Made by a program: the position numbers and the translations under genes. The notes beneath the pieces were generated by a model. The model ran no database searches. It was not told the origin of the DNA and worked only from the letters and a program-made list of their open reading frames with translations. This document shows, piece by piece, positions 1 to 13,600 of a stretch of 64,000 nucleotides of DNA (position 1 is the first letter of the stretch; each line of letters begins with the position of its first letter). This stretch comes from Lytechinus pictus (taxonomy: Eukaryota). Location of the stretch: contig NC_087250.1 of assembly GCF_037042905.1 (NCBI RefSeq), positions 23,190,001 through 23,254,000 on the forward strand, read 5' to 3'.

Positions 1-1042
1 CTAAGTTAGTTGAGCCACATGGCTGATTTGCTTGTTTGTTATGTTAAAACAGTAGTCGAGTACATTTTATTTTAAGGCACTTAATTGCCGGCTTAAAACG
101 AAACTCGAATTTCAATTTCATTTTATTTTCCCTACATGTCTGTCCTATTGAAGACACCGTTAAAAAAAATCGCACCGAAATAAAAAAAAAAATCGCCAAA
201 AATTCAAAACGCGAGTGATTACGAACCCGCACACGACGCGAGTGATTATAAACTGCCTTATCATGTGTGTGTGGGGGGGGGGGGGGGGGGCTGGTTGATT
301 CCATAGGTTTGCATGTAGAAAAGAAGGAGTATTTTTTTCATTTCCATATTATGAATTTGATTCTTATTATTACCAAAAATCCCCATACTATAATAAAGTC
401 AATAAAGACCTTCTTCTTTATTAAATACTATCAAAATGACAAAACAAAAAGGAAAGGCGAGTTATCAGCTCTACAGCTTACAAGTATATCCCTGGTGTTA
501 TGCAAAAGAACTACAGCATTTTGTCCAATTAACTAAAATGTCAATAAATTCCTACTTTTCATTACCTGTGAATTTTTTCATTGATGTTACTTGTTTGATA
601 TTTCTCTTTGTTGGGGGTAGACAATTATTGTCCATAACAAGAAATACTATTGCCCATAATAAAGCAGAGCTCTAGTCACAATGCATGCAATTTACTTGTC
701 ATTTGACAATATACATGTACATTACGTAAAACATACTTTGTATTTTTGTCTACATGTACCTACACTCAATCAAACATGCATGAAAAGGGAAATCCCCTCA
801 CTATGATGTCATCACATGAGGAAGCAGATATGAGGTTTTAATAACAATGACAAAATGACCTTAAACCTTTATTGTGCAAACACTGCAATTATGTCACACA
901 CAAAACATTAGTGTTCATACGCATCCGGGTGATGAGAAGCACAATGTACATGTTTTATGTACAATTTAAGTGCAAAATAAGGCTTACTGGTTGGCATACT
1001 ACTATGTACATCAATACATATGCGCACACTATTACATGTATG

Positions 1043-1510
1043 CATTTCACACCGCATTTCCTTAACCCCACACTACCTATTTTTGCTTTCACACTGTCTT
1101 TCTTAACCCCTTACTATTTGCTTAGCCAGGGTTAACGCCTTAACCCCGGACTATCGCACAGCTCATGAATATTGATGATTTTGCCACACAGAGCGTGATT
1201 AACGTGCAATTTTGACTTCTGTGATTGGCTAGTGCTTAGCCCCACTTTTCCTTAGCCCAGCTTCGCTTCACATTGCTTCTCTTACCACCGCAATTGTGGT
1301 GCTAGCACCGCAATAAGCCGGCTAACCCTGCTTTTTTGTAGGGCAAGATAGTACCGTACTATTAACCATGCTAGCCCACTTTGCTAAAACGTAGTGTGAA
1401 ACTGAAGTGGGCTAAGCTTAACCCCGGAAAATTAGTGGGGCTAAGACCCCCCCCCCCCTTGCCCCACCAATTCCCTGGGATTAAGGAAAATAAGTGCAGT
1501 GTGAAAAGCA
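1043..1510. mobile_element. Non-autonomous TIR element (MITE)
   Basis: Imperfect TIR GCATTTCACACCGCA / TGCAGTGTGAAAAGC; internal CTTA(A/G)CCC repeats. Confidence 0.55.
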
Positions 1511-1758
1511 TATGTAGAGCATACTCCCATTGACCGATGGTGTCAACTCATTCATGAAATACAAATTAATTCAATGCTTAAGCAAGAGCATCAAAATAAA
1601 ATGCAATGAATGAATGATACATGTATTGGAAAAGAGCAAAAATCCAACCAAAAGCTCAGCTTTTTTGAGCTGGGAAAGTTAAATCAAATCAAAGGATATT
1701 AAATGTTTGATTGATACAAGGATTGTTGAATCCTCATCTGTCTAGATTGATAAAACTA

Positions 1759-1969
1759 CAGTAGTGTACGCAGGGGGTGGTTACAGGGGTTCAACCCCCC
1801 TCCTAATTTTTTATCCCCAAAAGCAACCCCCCCCCCCCAAAAAAAAAAAAAAAATTTCTTTGGGGTAGGAAATGACCAAAAATTTGTGAAAACTGTTTTT
1901 TTGTTGGTTGTCAACATTTCAGTCAGCTTGAACCCACCCCCCCCCTAAAAAATCCTGCGTACGCTACTG
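1759..1969. mobile_element. Short CAG-ended MITE
   Basis: 16-bp TIR CAGTAGYGTACGCAGG; no clean TSD. Confidence 0.65.
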
Positions 1970-2220
1970 ACCTACTACTATGTACATACATACATGTACA
2001 TGTATGCATAGTTGCCAGCCCTTACAGAATATTCATGAGTTGTGTTCTAATGTAAATTCAGTGTTTACTTCCCGATTGAATGACCTAGGGAAAAACTTTT
2101 GTTTGTTTTGTCTCGTAAGAAAACAATTGGTTCAGCCGTTTGGTTATTCACATTGTCATTTCTTATCTGATTAATATTCCGTAACGGTTGGCATCTCTGC
2201 ATATGGATATTAGACCAACA

Positions 2221-2369
2221 GGGGGCCGTTTCATAAAGCTGTTCACAAGTTAAGAGCGACTTTAAAAGCGACTTTAAAAGCGACTCGTGACCATTTCTTA
2301 CGTGCTAACCCATCGCCAATGAACACTTTGGCGTATAACTTTAACTTACGAACAGCTTATGAAACACCC
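2221..2369. mobile_element. MITE (second copy at ~12920-13100)
   Basis: TIR GG(C/T)GTTTCATAAAGCTG; related copy lies just after the Crk exon 2 donor. Confidence 0.6.
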
Positions 2370-3017
2370 AAATGGTTACTGAGAGCACAAACTGCATCTT
2401 TGGAGCTGGTCCTCTCTGTGATTTGAAACCTTTTTTTCACCCTGTACCCACCAATAGTATATAAATGGCTTTGGTGAAACATATGCAAAAACATACAATA
2501 AAGGCAAACACGTACATGCATAAACAAAATGTACATGTACATTGTTTTATGCTACAAATGTATGTTTGGGCAATTTTCAGTTACATTACTCTTGCAAAAA
2601 TGTATGTGAAAGAAAAAAATCTTTGAGCCAAAAAGGTCTAATACATTTATAGCTGCGAAAGGCAAAAAATGGAAATAAAAAATAGATGAAAAAGAAACAT
2701 TGGGAAGCATCCAAACAATGCTTTTGCAGTTTACATGTAAAAGCTGAAGTGTTGGAAAAGAAGAAGCAAGCAGGCTGCTAAGTTTTAGTTTCAATATCAT
2801 GCATGTACATTTATTTTGTCACACTACTCAGTACCGGTAGTTGCAATTCCTAGAAATGATGATGATTTTTTTATATTCATTTGGCTTTCTAATGCATTAC
2901 ATGTACATACATGTATCAGCCTGAAAAGGGGTCATTTACAATTTTGCATATTAAGGGCATACCTTTCACAACCTACTTATGCTGCCTGTAAAAAGCACCG
3001 CTAGATCAATCTAAGAG

Positions 3018-3435
3018 ACCATTCTCATTATGCTTTCTAAAACGAGTTTACTGGAAACCAGTGTGGAAGATCGCTTTGCTAGCGTTCCCATTTGATCACA
3101 CGAAAGTGGTTTTCAAAATCACTTCACGTAAAGCGTTCTTGTTGCTATGGAAATGCTCTCAGTAGGGTGGCACATTTTGCGCGAAATTCAAAACCGCAGC
3201 GTAGGCATTCTACACCTGTCGTGTGGAGTGGCGCGCTCAAAATGTGCTAAGATCGCTTCCCGAAGAATGGTTGTGTCGTCACTTACGCTAAAACCAGTTT
3301 AACGAGGCAAATCGATCTTGAAAACCACATCATGAGAGGTTATGAACCGGTTTGGAAGATCGCTTTGATCGTTCTCATTACACGTTTAACTAGTTTCCAC
3401 TAAACTAGTTTTAGGAAGGTAGTGAGAACGGTGTC
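3018..3435. mobile_element. MITE-like element
   Basis: Imperfect TIR GACCATTCTCATTA / TAGTGAGAACGGTGTC. Confidence 0.45.
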
Positions 3436-3705
3436 TAAAGCTCGAAAGGGGAAGTCAACCCTGAAAAAAAGTTTGTCATAAACATACCAGAAATAATAAT
3501 TAAACATACTGATGAAGTTTTGAGAAAAATCCATGAAAGATTAAGGACTAAAGAGTTGAAAAATCTGAAGTGTTGAAAAAGCTGAAATTGAAACAGCTTC
3601 ATGTACAGAGGAAGGCTAAAATTACCGGTAAGCTGAACATCAAAGGCTAAAAAAGATTGCTGAACTGTCACTCCCCTACATTAGAGGCAAAGTTACCATA
3701 AATCT

Positions 3706-4213
3706 TTAAAGGGTAAATTAATCCTGACAAAAAGTTTACAGCAAAAAAAGAAGAAAAAAAATCATTTAAAAATATTGGCAAAGGTTTGAGGAAAATTCAT
3801 CAAAGAATAAAAAAGTTTTTATAACTTTAATCATTTCATTTGTGATGTCATGTATATGCAAGCAGCTTGAACATACATGTGTATGGTAAAAAATTTCATT
3901 TTCTCAGAAATTTGAAAATCGTTTTTAATGTATCTTCAGTATAGCAATATTCAATACAGAAATGATTTCACACCTGCTCCTAAAAAGAAAATATAAAGTA
4001 TAAAGTCATCATGAACCATTAAAAAAAATGAAATTTATGCATAATATATTATTGTATATGAGGCAGCTACTGGTTTATGACTCACAAAACTTGAAATTCT
4101 AATAACTTTCATAATCTTTAATGAATTTTCCTCAAACCTTCACCAATGTCTTTCATTATTTTTTCTGCCATTTTCACAAAAAAAGTTTTCGTCGTGGTGA
4201 ACTTCCCCTTTAA
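3706..4213. mobile_element. Kolobok-like non-autonomous element
   Basis: TTAA-AGGG...CCCT-TTAA ends with imperfect TIRs. Confidence 0.55.
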
Positions 4214-4378
4214 TGAAACTAGCCTTGTAACATTAATACATGTAATAACAAAATTGTGTAAAAGCAGCAAAGTAATTTTACTAGCATTGCAGCTACAGGT
4301 TTATTAGCATTAGCAATGTGCCATGCAAGCATGCACTCGGGCAAGGTATGATGGGAAGGGGTAGGGGAACCCCCTTAC

Positions 4379-4444
4379 CTTCTCTTGTGATGTCGGTGCT
4401 GGGGACTGTGGTGGGGGCTGAGCCACCATCTGTCTCTTAGGACA
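4379..4444 (-). CDS. CRK: Crk exon 4 (Pro-rich linker [22 protein letters not shown])
   Basis: cag/gtaag, 66 nt, phase 0-0; GC-rich island in an AT-rich intron. Confidence 0.7.
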
Positions 4445-7256
4445 CTGTCAGGAATGAACATCAATAGCATACATTGTTAGGATTAAAAAATCAGTGTGAA
4501 GGGGGTCATGAAAGTAGGCACACAATATCATTGTCCAGTGATAGGCCCCATTCACATTGAAAAACTTAAATGCCATAGGAATGAACATCAATATTTTTAG
4601 AATACATTGTTAGGATTATTAAACATGTCAGTGTGAAGGGGTCTAATAAGTGATGTGCATATCAAATGTGAGGCACTGGCCCCATTCATGTAATTACATG
4701 TACATTGCAAACCACTATCTTCTTTCTTGTGACACTGGCAGGTAGAAAAATCATTTCTAAAATGATATGATTAAAGTATCATTGTAAACAGGTCACAAAC
4801 AATATTAAAAGACAAAGGCCCCGTTCACAATAAGGAAAATTAAGCCAGCATCTGCTTTTTTGGAACACTGACAGATAAGATTTAAATGTCAGTGTATGGC
4901 TGCGTTTATGCGACCTCAAGCCAGAATCATGATTTGAATCATGATTTGAATCATGATTCAAAACACAAACATGAATCACAATATCACAGAATCAGCGTTT
5001 AGACGACCTTCATTCCAATGCTGTTTCTCCTCAGATTCGGGCCAATCCAGTGCGCATCACTAGTGCGCAGTTTGACAGAGGAAGTTTTTCGCACGTGTTT
5101 CGGCTCTCGAAAATTCGTTTGCTTCCATCAGAATTCAGTCTATACCTCATTTTGTTTACTTCTATCATAAAGGGTCCATATGCTTCTATTCATCTTGTTA
5201 GTTTATCCAAAATGGTGTTCGGAAGTGAATTTCAGCGTAGATCCAACTTGATATTGATACTGTATACTCAACAACAACTGAGATCATTGTCTGTCCAGTT
5301 AATCATTTACTAGAACTTGAAGTTGAAGACATGACCAAAAAATGAAAAGTGGTGGACGATGCGATGACCAACACAGAACTTGAACATGACAAGAAATGAA
5401 TTCATAGTCATGTACATACAATGAGCATATAGAGCGCCTTGAGCTTGGCAATAGTCAAACCGAAAGTAGCCCGACACAACAGTGAGGTCATATAATCATG
5501 ATTGTAATCACGATATCGTTTATTCGAACATTTTCGTACGGGATTCTGCAGAAACGTCTTTCCAAACGCCCCTTTTTTCGTGTTTCATGTTTGTGATTCT
5601 AATCATGATTATATTCAATTTCGACTAAACGCAATCGTGATTCTGCAGAATCATGATTTGAATCATGATTCAAATCATGATTCTAGGGTAAAAAAGTGGC
5701 GGATAAACGCACCCTATAACATACATGTACAATGTATGAGGGTATAGGCCCCATTCACACAATGAAATAGACCCGAAGTGATTGGAGGCCTTTGGTATTC
5801 TGAAACACCTGTTCAAGGACAGTTCTAATAGTCAGAGCTGAGCACTTATAAAGCACAACCCTGAACCTACAGGGCCTACATGTATGTATTTAACTACAAC
5901 GAACAGAAACTCTTCTACTTTCCCTGTACCTACTACATGATTATTCTGAAACTTCCATGAAACTGAAAGTCTATCAGTTTCTGTATGAAGTGTGAGACAG
6001 TTCTTTACTAGTACAGTGTAGGCCATATATGTACAGTACATTGTATTTCCCTGGCTTCTTTACATTTGCAGACAATGACAATACCCTCAGTCTCTATGAA
6101 TGGTGAATCTATCATGTTGAATGCATTAAAGAGAAATTCCAGTAGTTGCAGTAAACACTGATTTCATGAGAAAGTCTGTAAAACCAGGCTTAACTGTCAG
6201 TATATCATCGAGGATCTAGATCTGGTACAGTTACATAAACTGAACTTTGTGAAATCTTGAAATCTACGCTGAAAAATGTTCAGACTGAACTTCCCCAACA
6301 CAGATAAGCGCACGTGGGACAGTGTATAATTATTGCTTTGAGCGTCGGGCCCGACGCTCTACCCGAATCCTGTGCTTATTTGCTGATTTCTCAGCAATTA
6401 CACAATTTCTTCCAGAATCCTTTGGCACATGCGTTTTATTTATACAAACAGATACTTTGGTGGTCATTTCATTGGATTCTGTACGAACTCATTTTGATAT
6501 CGTTACCAAAACTAGCATTTACCTTTAATCAGTGAAAGTATTTGTACAGCAAAATCTTGGCATAAAGTACAGAATTACAGAATGCAAAAATCAAACATTC
6601 TAAATCATTTAATATAATTTTCAAAAATAGGTATTGTAAATATCTATTGGATAAAACTGACATTTTTAATGGTTCCTACATGTAGGTAAAGGCTTTCAAA
6701 ATATTTTCTTTGTTTTATTGTGTTTGTTCTTCCATGTCTTATTTAATACAATTATTTATCTTGAGAATATCATATTTTATAATAATTTTTGGGGTTGGCC
6801 TATTCGTAAGGGCAGTTCCTTTCTGGCTGCAACCCACTTTGCAACTGTATGTACATCTACCCTATATCCTTTCTTTAATGGTTTCTTGTATTGCTACTTA
6901 TGTTGTAATATGTCTACTCTTTTAGTATGTGAATTTTAACTGATGTTATACTGTTATGTATTTTTCATTGCAAAGTTAAATAAATATGAATTGAATTGAA
7001 AAGACATACACTGTGTATGTACACATACAGGTACTATTCAGTATATCAGAAGGGACAAGATAATTTTCAGAGACAGACAGCCAATTACACCATACAACCA
7101 AAAAATTACTTTTTTTCTTTCCAGGGCTCTTTTTGGAGAAACTTAAAAATTTTCCAGGGCTACTTTTTCATTTTCCAGGGCTCTTTTTCCACTTTCCAGG
7201 GCTACAATTTCTGGAGCTATTTCGCGGCTTTTTTGCGTTTGTGTGTGTCTGTGTGT

Positions 7257-7290
<34 letters not shown>

Positions 7291-9152
7291 CACACGGTAG
7301 CTAGCATATACGGTGTAATCATACGCGTGTACTGTACTGTACATGCGATCGCGACGAAGCTTCGAAGCAGCGCGGCGTGAGCTAGCGAGAAGTATGTACC
7401 GGTACCATCTCGAATTCATAGGCACATGTACTACCACATGCACTATTCACGCCCGTAAACAGAGATTCACAGGTAAGTTCTCTTAGCTGACACGATCCTA
7501 TGATGGACTCGCGTGCGCTGAAATGAGCAATGTTATTGTGCCACTGTATCTTGTATTTGCTTGTGTGACTCTGCGGGCAGCTCCGCGGTGATTTACGTAC
7601 ATATATACGTGATGTTCGCAACTGCAGTAGGGCAATGAGTTTGGGATTTTGTAGCACAATTGGTGTGCGCGTAGGAAACAGCTCAAGATTGTAATATAAG
7701 CGGTCACACGCAAATGCAAACAAGTACACATTTAAATGCAATATAATGTATAATGTATAATTTAAATGCAATCACGTACGTATGCATGAAATGCTACATA
7801 AATATACAGTGTTGACGGGGGCGATTATGAGTTTTGCAGTCGCCCTAGTGTGAATGATTTTAGCCCTTTTCCGGGCTCTTTTTGGACTTTCCGGGGCGAA
7901 TTCGCCCGCCGCCCCCGTGTAATTTTTTGGTTGCACCATACTAGTCTACATGTACATATGTAGGCCTTTATAAATCTCATATTACACAGCAAAATAAACA
8001 TACACCCTGTTGCATAAAACTTTTGCCATAAAAAAAACCTAGCAAATAATTAAAACAACAACTAATGCATTAAAAACTCTGGCAAAAAAAAAATTGCCAG
8101 TTTTTCTTATACAACAGGCCCATAGAGACCTCCAATACAATATTTCTGCTACATAATACAGTATTATTCCACTCAACATTCCATCCAAGCCTTTTTCAGG
8201 TGATTGATTCAAATTTCATTCATTCAATCAACTATGGAAATACATCAATGTCATTCTTCAAATTCATAAAGGGAATGTTTACAATCATGTAAAATTGTAA
8301 AGCCCCTTTGGACAAAAGAGGAGCGACTGAACTGGCAAGACACTGAAACATGTGCAAGTGCATGTGTATGTACATGTATACTGTACTACTATTCCTACAT
8401 GCATAATATCTTAAACAATTTTGGATGTTTTGGCATCATCACTTTCATATACGTAGTAGTTTGATTGTAAGGCAGGAACAGAATAAAGGATGAGCATCTT
8501 CACTGAATACTGTATGTACATGTAGGTATGTAGGCCTATACAGTTGTGCTCAAAAGTTTAATTGGGAACTCCACCACAAAATGCACTCCTTCATGCCTAG
8601 CGTTCTCAACAACACTACAATGTCCATTGAGCCCAGAGAAACAAACTTTATTGAATGCAATATTTCATCACCTGATTTCACAATTAAATAACTGAAATAT
8701 AGAATAGAACACTTGAAAATAAGTTTATTTTCTGGTGGGGTTCACAATCTTATTTAACACCATTGTATATGCAAAGCACCACTTGATTATCAATAGTTCT
8801 TCTGCATGCAGCAATAAAAAATAAAAACAAATTAAATTAACTTAAATTAAATCAAATATACTGCAACATGTTATCATCCGTATGTACAGCAAAGGTCACA
8901 TCTATAGGCTAAACAACTTATCATACATGTACATGTAACACATAATTGAAAGAAAAAAAAATTACATACATGTATCATGACAAGCCGAGGACATCCAGAA
9001 AATTCACAGGTAGGCACTTGATATTAAGGCCTTGACCACTTGCATGAATCAATGATAGTTTGTACAGGTACATACATGTACAACATTACCTCAATAGGGC
9101 TGTTTACTATTTGATTTCATACTTCATAATAATAATAATAATAATAATAATG

Positions 9153-9190
<38 letters not shown>

Positions 9191-10587
9191 TGCAACATTT
9201 ATATAATGCTTAATACAAATGTTTATAAGCGCTGCATACTATTTCCCCGGCTTTAGCACGGCTATCCTGATCAGACGCTTGAGAATTCAAGGGACTTCTT
9301 CCTACCGGGTACCCATTTACTCGACACCTGGGTGGAGAGTGGCAAATGTATACGCCTTGCCAAAGGACGCGAGTGCTGCGGTGGGGTTTGAACCCCGGAC
9401 CTTGTACAGGGGTGTGAGAGTTCAGATTTTTATCTGATTTCAGATTTTTTTTGTTTTGATTTCCAGCTTAATTTCAGCTTATTTTTGGCCATCCTCTGTA
9501 CAAAAAGTATGGGAGCTCTTTCTATTTCAGACTTTTTCAACACTCTTCAGCTTTTTTCATATCTTTTATTTGTGACCACTCACACCCCTGCTTGTAGTTC
9601 AAAGTCCGGAGACTTAGAAGGGAAACTTTTAAAAGTATAGTTAATCCATATCTTTCTTTAAAGGTCAAGTCCATCCACAAAAAATGTTGATTTTCTTAAA
9701 TAAAGAAAAATCAAACTAGCATAAAGCTGAAAATTTCATCAAAATCTGACGTAAAATAAGAAAGTGAATGACATTTTAAAGTTTCCCTTATTTTTCACAC
9801 AACAGTGATATGCACAACTCAGTGACATGCAAATGAGGCAGTCGATGCCTCACTAACTATTTCTTTTGGTTTTTTTATTGTTTAAATTATACAATATTTC
9901 ATTTTTTACAGATTTGACAGCAAGGACCAAGTTGACTGAACCATATAGTATTAAACAATGCTAATTCCACATATTCAGGGAGGAATTAATTGTTGTTTCA
10001 CTTGACAATGAGGAGAAAATTAGAATATTTCATATACATGTAATAAAATACAAAAGAAATAGTGAGTGGATGACGTCATCAGTCTCCTCATTTGCATACC
10101 GACCAGGATGTGCATATAACTGTTATGTGAAATTAATCGAAACTTTAAAATGTCATTACTTTCTTATTTTACATCCGATTTTGATGAAATTTTCGGTGTT
10201 ATGCTTGTTGGACTTTTCTCTTTTTATTAAAATGTTGGGGTTGACTCGTCCTCTGAAATATATGATATATTTCAACAGTATAAAAAGGGGAAAAATCTTG
10301 ATAATCATCATGAGAGAAAAATAATAAAATAAATAATAATAACAGGTGTGTTGTATGTGTATTGTAGGCACCGCAGTCCATAGAGTGTAGATGAAATTTA
10401 AATGGAATTCACAATAATATATGCATCCACTGCATTTATACTCCATAAATCCTGAGAAATGTCACATACAGTACAGACAGTAGAGACCAAATGTATCAAT
10501 TATGCTGATTCAAATTATGTTTCTGTTCGATAGACTTACCGTAAGTAACGGTGTATTAACCGCACCCGTGTATAAACCGCACCCCCA

Positions 10588-10629
<42 letters not shown>

Positions 10630-13600
10630 TCACATTTACATGCATATTTGAGGTACGAAGAAACAAAAACTAAGTTAAAGATTTCAAAGTATTCAAAGAG
10701 ATTACCAGTATGCAGAAATCTGCTGTTCTTGATCAATTCATCTACAAATGTTAGCAAGAAAGAAAAGTCCCGCCAATATTGGCAATTTACACACTCACTC
10801 ACCTCACAGTCACAGTGTACACACACACAGCACTGCCTTTCTTGTACATGTACATTTCAAACTTCGATACGGTACCACTACCAGTACATCTTATCAAATT
10901 GTGATCTGTGTCTTTCACATTTCTTGCATCACAACCTCACAATCACTTTCAGAATTTGTCTAGCATTCGATGTCTTAGCATGAATTTTGGATACGGGATT
11001 ACAGGAAGGTTCAAGAAACAAAGAAATTTGTATTTTTTCCAGTTGTTTGACGGCTTCGTGCCGTCTCTATCGTGCGTGGTGCACGGTGTACATGGTATCT
11101 TATGAAAAGCAAACGGGAAAGAAAAAAATAAGCTGGCGCGAAACGGGACTTTGAGGGGTTAAATTAAATGAATAGCGCCAGCTTAAGTCGCACTAAAACC
11201 AAAATACAACGCAAGCTAGCTCTCTATGAACTTAGCCAGGGAACTTCGCTGCTTTGAATCGAGAATAAAGTCGAAATTAGTGTCATGAAGGTGGGTGCAT
11301 TTGTTACGACAGTATTTGATCATAAGATCATAATAATCGCTACCCATTACCCGCGGCTCATACCCCTCTAAACGACATTGCACTGGGCGGCTACGGCCGG
11401 CCACTCGATGTGTTGTGAACTGGCAGACTTCTTACATGTTCGGGAGGGGCTACGCGGGCGGGCTCAGACCCGTCACCGTGTATAAACCGCACCCCCGACT
11501 TTTGCTTATATCCCGCCGAGAAAAAGGTGCGGTTAATACACCGTTACTTACGGTATTCAAAGATGATTTTGAAAGAGATGAATTACTTACCGGTTCAACT
11601 AGGACGGTTGTATCTAGATAATGACCCCGGTAAAAGTTCAGAATGTCAGGTAGCGTTGAGAAAATCTGGTCACCGATCACAAACTGATCCCCTTTTCTCG
11701 TGATGATATAATGAGATACTTTACTATTTTCACTGTCAAATATAAAAGGTACAGGAGAGAAAGAATTTTTAATAGAAAATTTGACATAATAAAGACTTTA
11801 AATCCTAAATTTGGTTTGACTAGAGTGATTCCTTTACACTTGGTTAAGTTGGTTGGTTGTAGCATGAAGCAGAAGAGCACATCTTGACAAACATGATTAG
11901 TCACTGCTTGGCACAGCAAAGCACATATAGCAGAGATAGCAATTCATCCAAGCTAGGAAGACAACGTACAGTACAAGATAGACCTGGAAACTTGACTGCA
12001 GACACAACTGTATTTTTCCAGTAGATGTGGTATAAAGGTATAAAGATGATGCTATTTACAATAATAAGAGGTGTATTTGGGAGGATGGTAACACCAAGCA
12101 TGTACAAAACCAAATCCTTAAAACCAATTCCCAAAGTCATAACGTAACTTTTCAGTTTTTATTAAGGCGCTTATACTGAAGACAGACTTAAAAATTTGCA
12201 CGCTGAATTAATTTTGGAAGAGAATGATGACAAGTTTCCATGTTATTTTCTTTCATTTAAGATTACCATATTGCACCATTGATATTTTTGATAATTATTT
12301 AGATTTTATCCAAGAACTATTATAATTTATAAGCTTCTCTAAAATGCATGTAGAGGAGAAAACTAATTATTACAATTTAAATTTAATTGTACGAATGTGC
12401 AAAATTGCAACATCAGCGCGCAAATGAATAGCAGTGATCATCACTTCTACATGAAATGCTTTTTCCTCTTTGATTTCAGTCTTACATGTACAGGTAGAGT
12501 GTACTTTAAAATATACAACTTATTTTGTTGTAAAAAGTTCTGAAGAAAATGAAAACTTTGAATGATTGCAAAGTGATACATTTATGGCTGAAAATATGAA
12601 TCCCAGTTTGGTATTGGATATGGATTAATCCAATACCGCCTGGATTAAGCAGTAGGGTAACCATTTCCTCAACAACTGAAATTTTACACTTAAGCACAGA
12701 GGGGAAAAAATAATTTCATTTCCAGAATTATATTCTAAGCTCATCACTTATAACTCACCAGACTAATATCATCACTTATAACTCACCAGACTACTAAATA
12801 GAGTTGATATTATATTGCCATGACAATTTCAGTGGCTCCTTTTTTAGTTTTCTTTTGGGGGCAATTTGGGGGCCAACTGTACAGGAGCCCCCATGTAATA
12901 TTTCTCCCTTCTCTAGCATCTGGTGGGTGTTTCATAAAGCTGCTTGTAAATTTATAAGAACGGCTTTAAAAAGACCGGTGAATCTTTCTTAAGTGCAAAA
13001 TAACCACCAATGAACATTTAATGGTCAAGAAAGGATCACCAGTCGTTCTTAAAGTTTTTTCTATTGAACTTATGAACAGCTTTATGAAACGTCCCCCAGA
13101 TGGATACCTACCTAACACAGAGAACCGAGTCTCCTGGACACGTCCGGCTATCTCGTACGAGGAACGTCCCGGGTCGCTTTTGGATTAGGAGGTTGTCTGT
13201 CTCCCCTCGCGTGATACCGCCAAAATGCCATCTAAAGAGGGAGAGCAAAAGGCATTCAGAATATCATTAACCAAAAAAAATAAAGAAAATCAAATAGAGA
13301 ATCTGCGCCAGTGTGCCGCCACTTAAAGGAGAATGAAACCCTTGAAACTAGCTGAATCCATATCAAAGAGAAAAATCAAAGAAACATATTGTTGAAAGTT
13401 TGAGGAAGATTGAATGAATAATAAGAAAGTTATGAGCATTTGAATATTGAGATCACTAGTGCCATGTAGATCCTCCCATCGGCAATGCGACCAAGATCTG
13501 TGATATCACACACGTACAACTCCCTCATTACTTTAGTACTTATTTCACTTATATTGTCACTTTTATAGAGTCTATCACAAGGTTAGGTGTTTTCTTAATG

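Noticed and set aside
1..4378. Crk SH3 exons
   Set aside because: No ALYDF-like or WW SH3 motif with splice sites found; probably outside the window.
7382..7771. 129-aa ORF as a transposase remnant
   Set aside because: No THAP or DDE motifs recognisable.
12741..12795. Short direct duplication TCATCACTTATAACTCACCAGACTA x2
   Set aside because: Ordinary slippage duplication with no sign of function.
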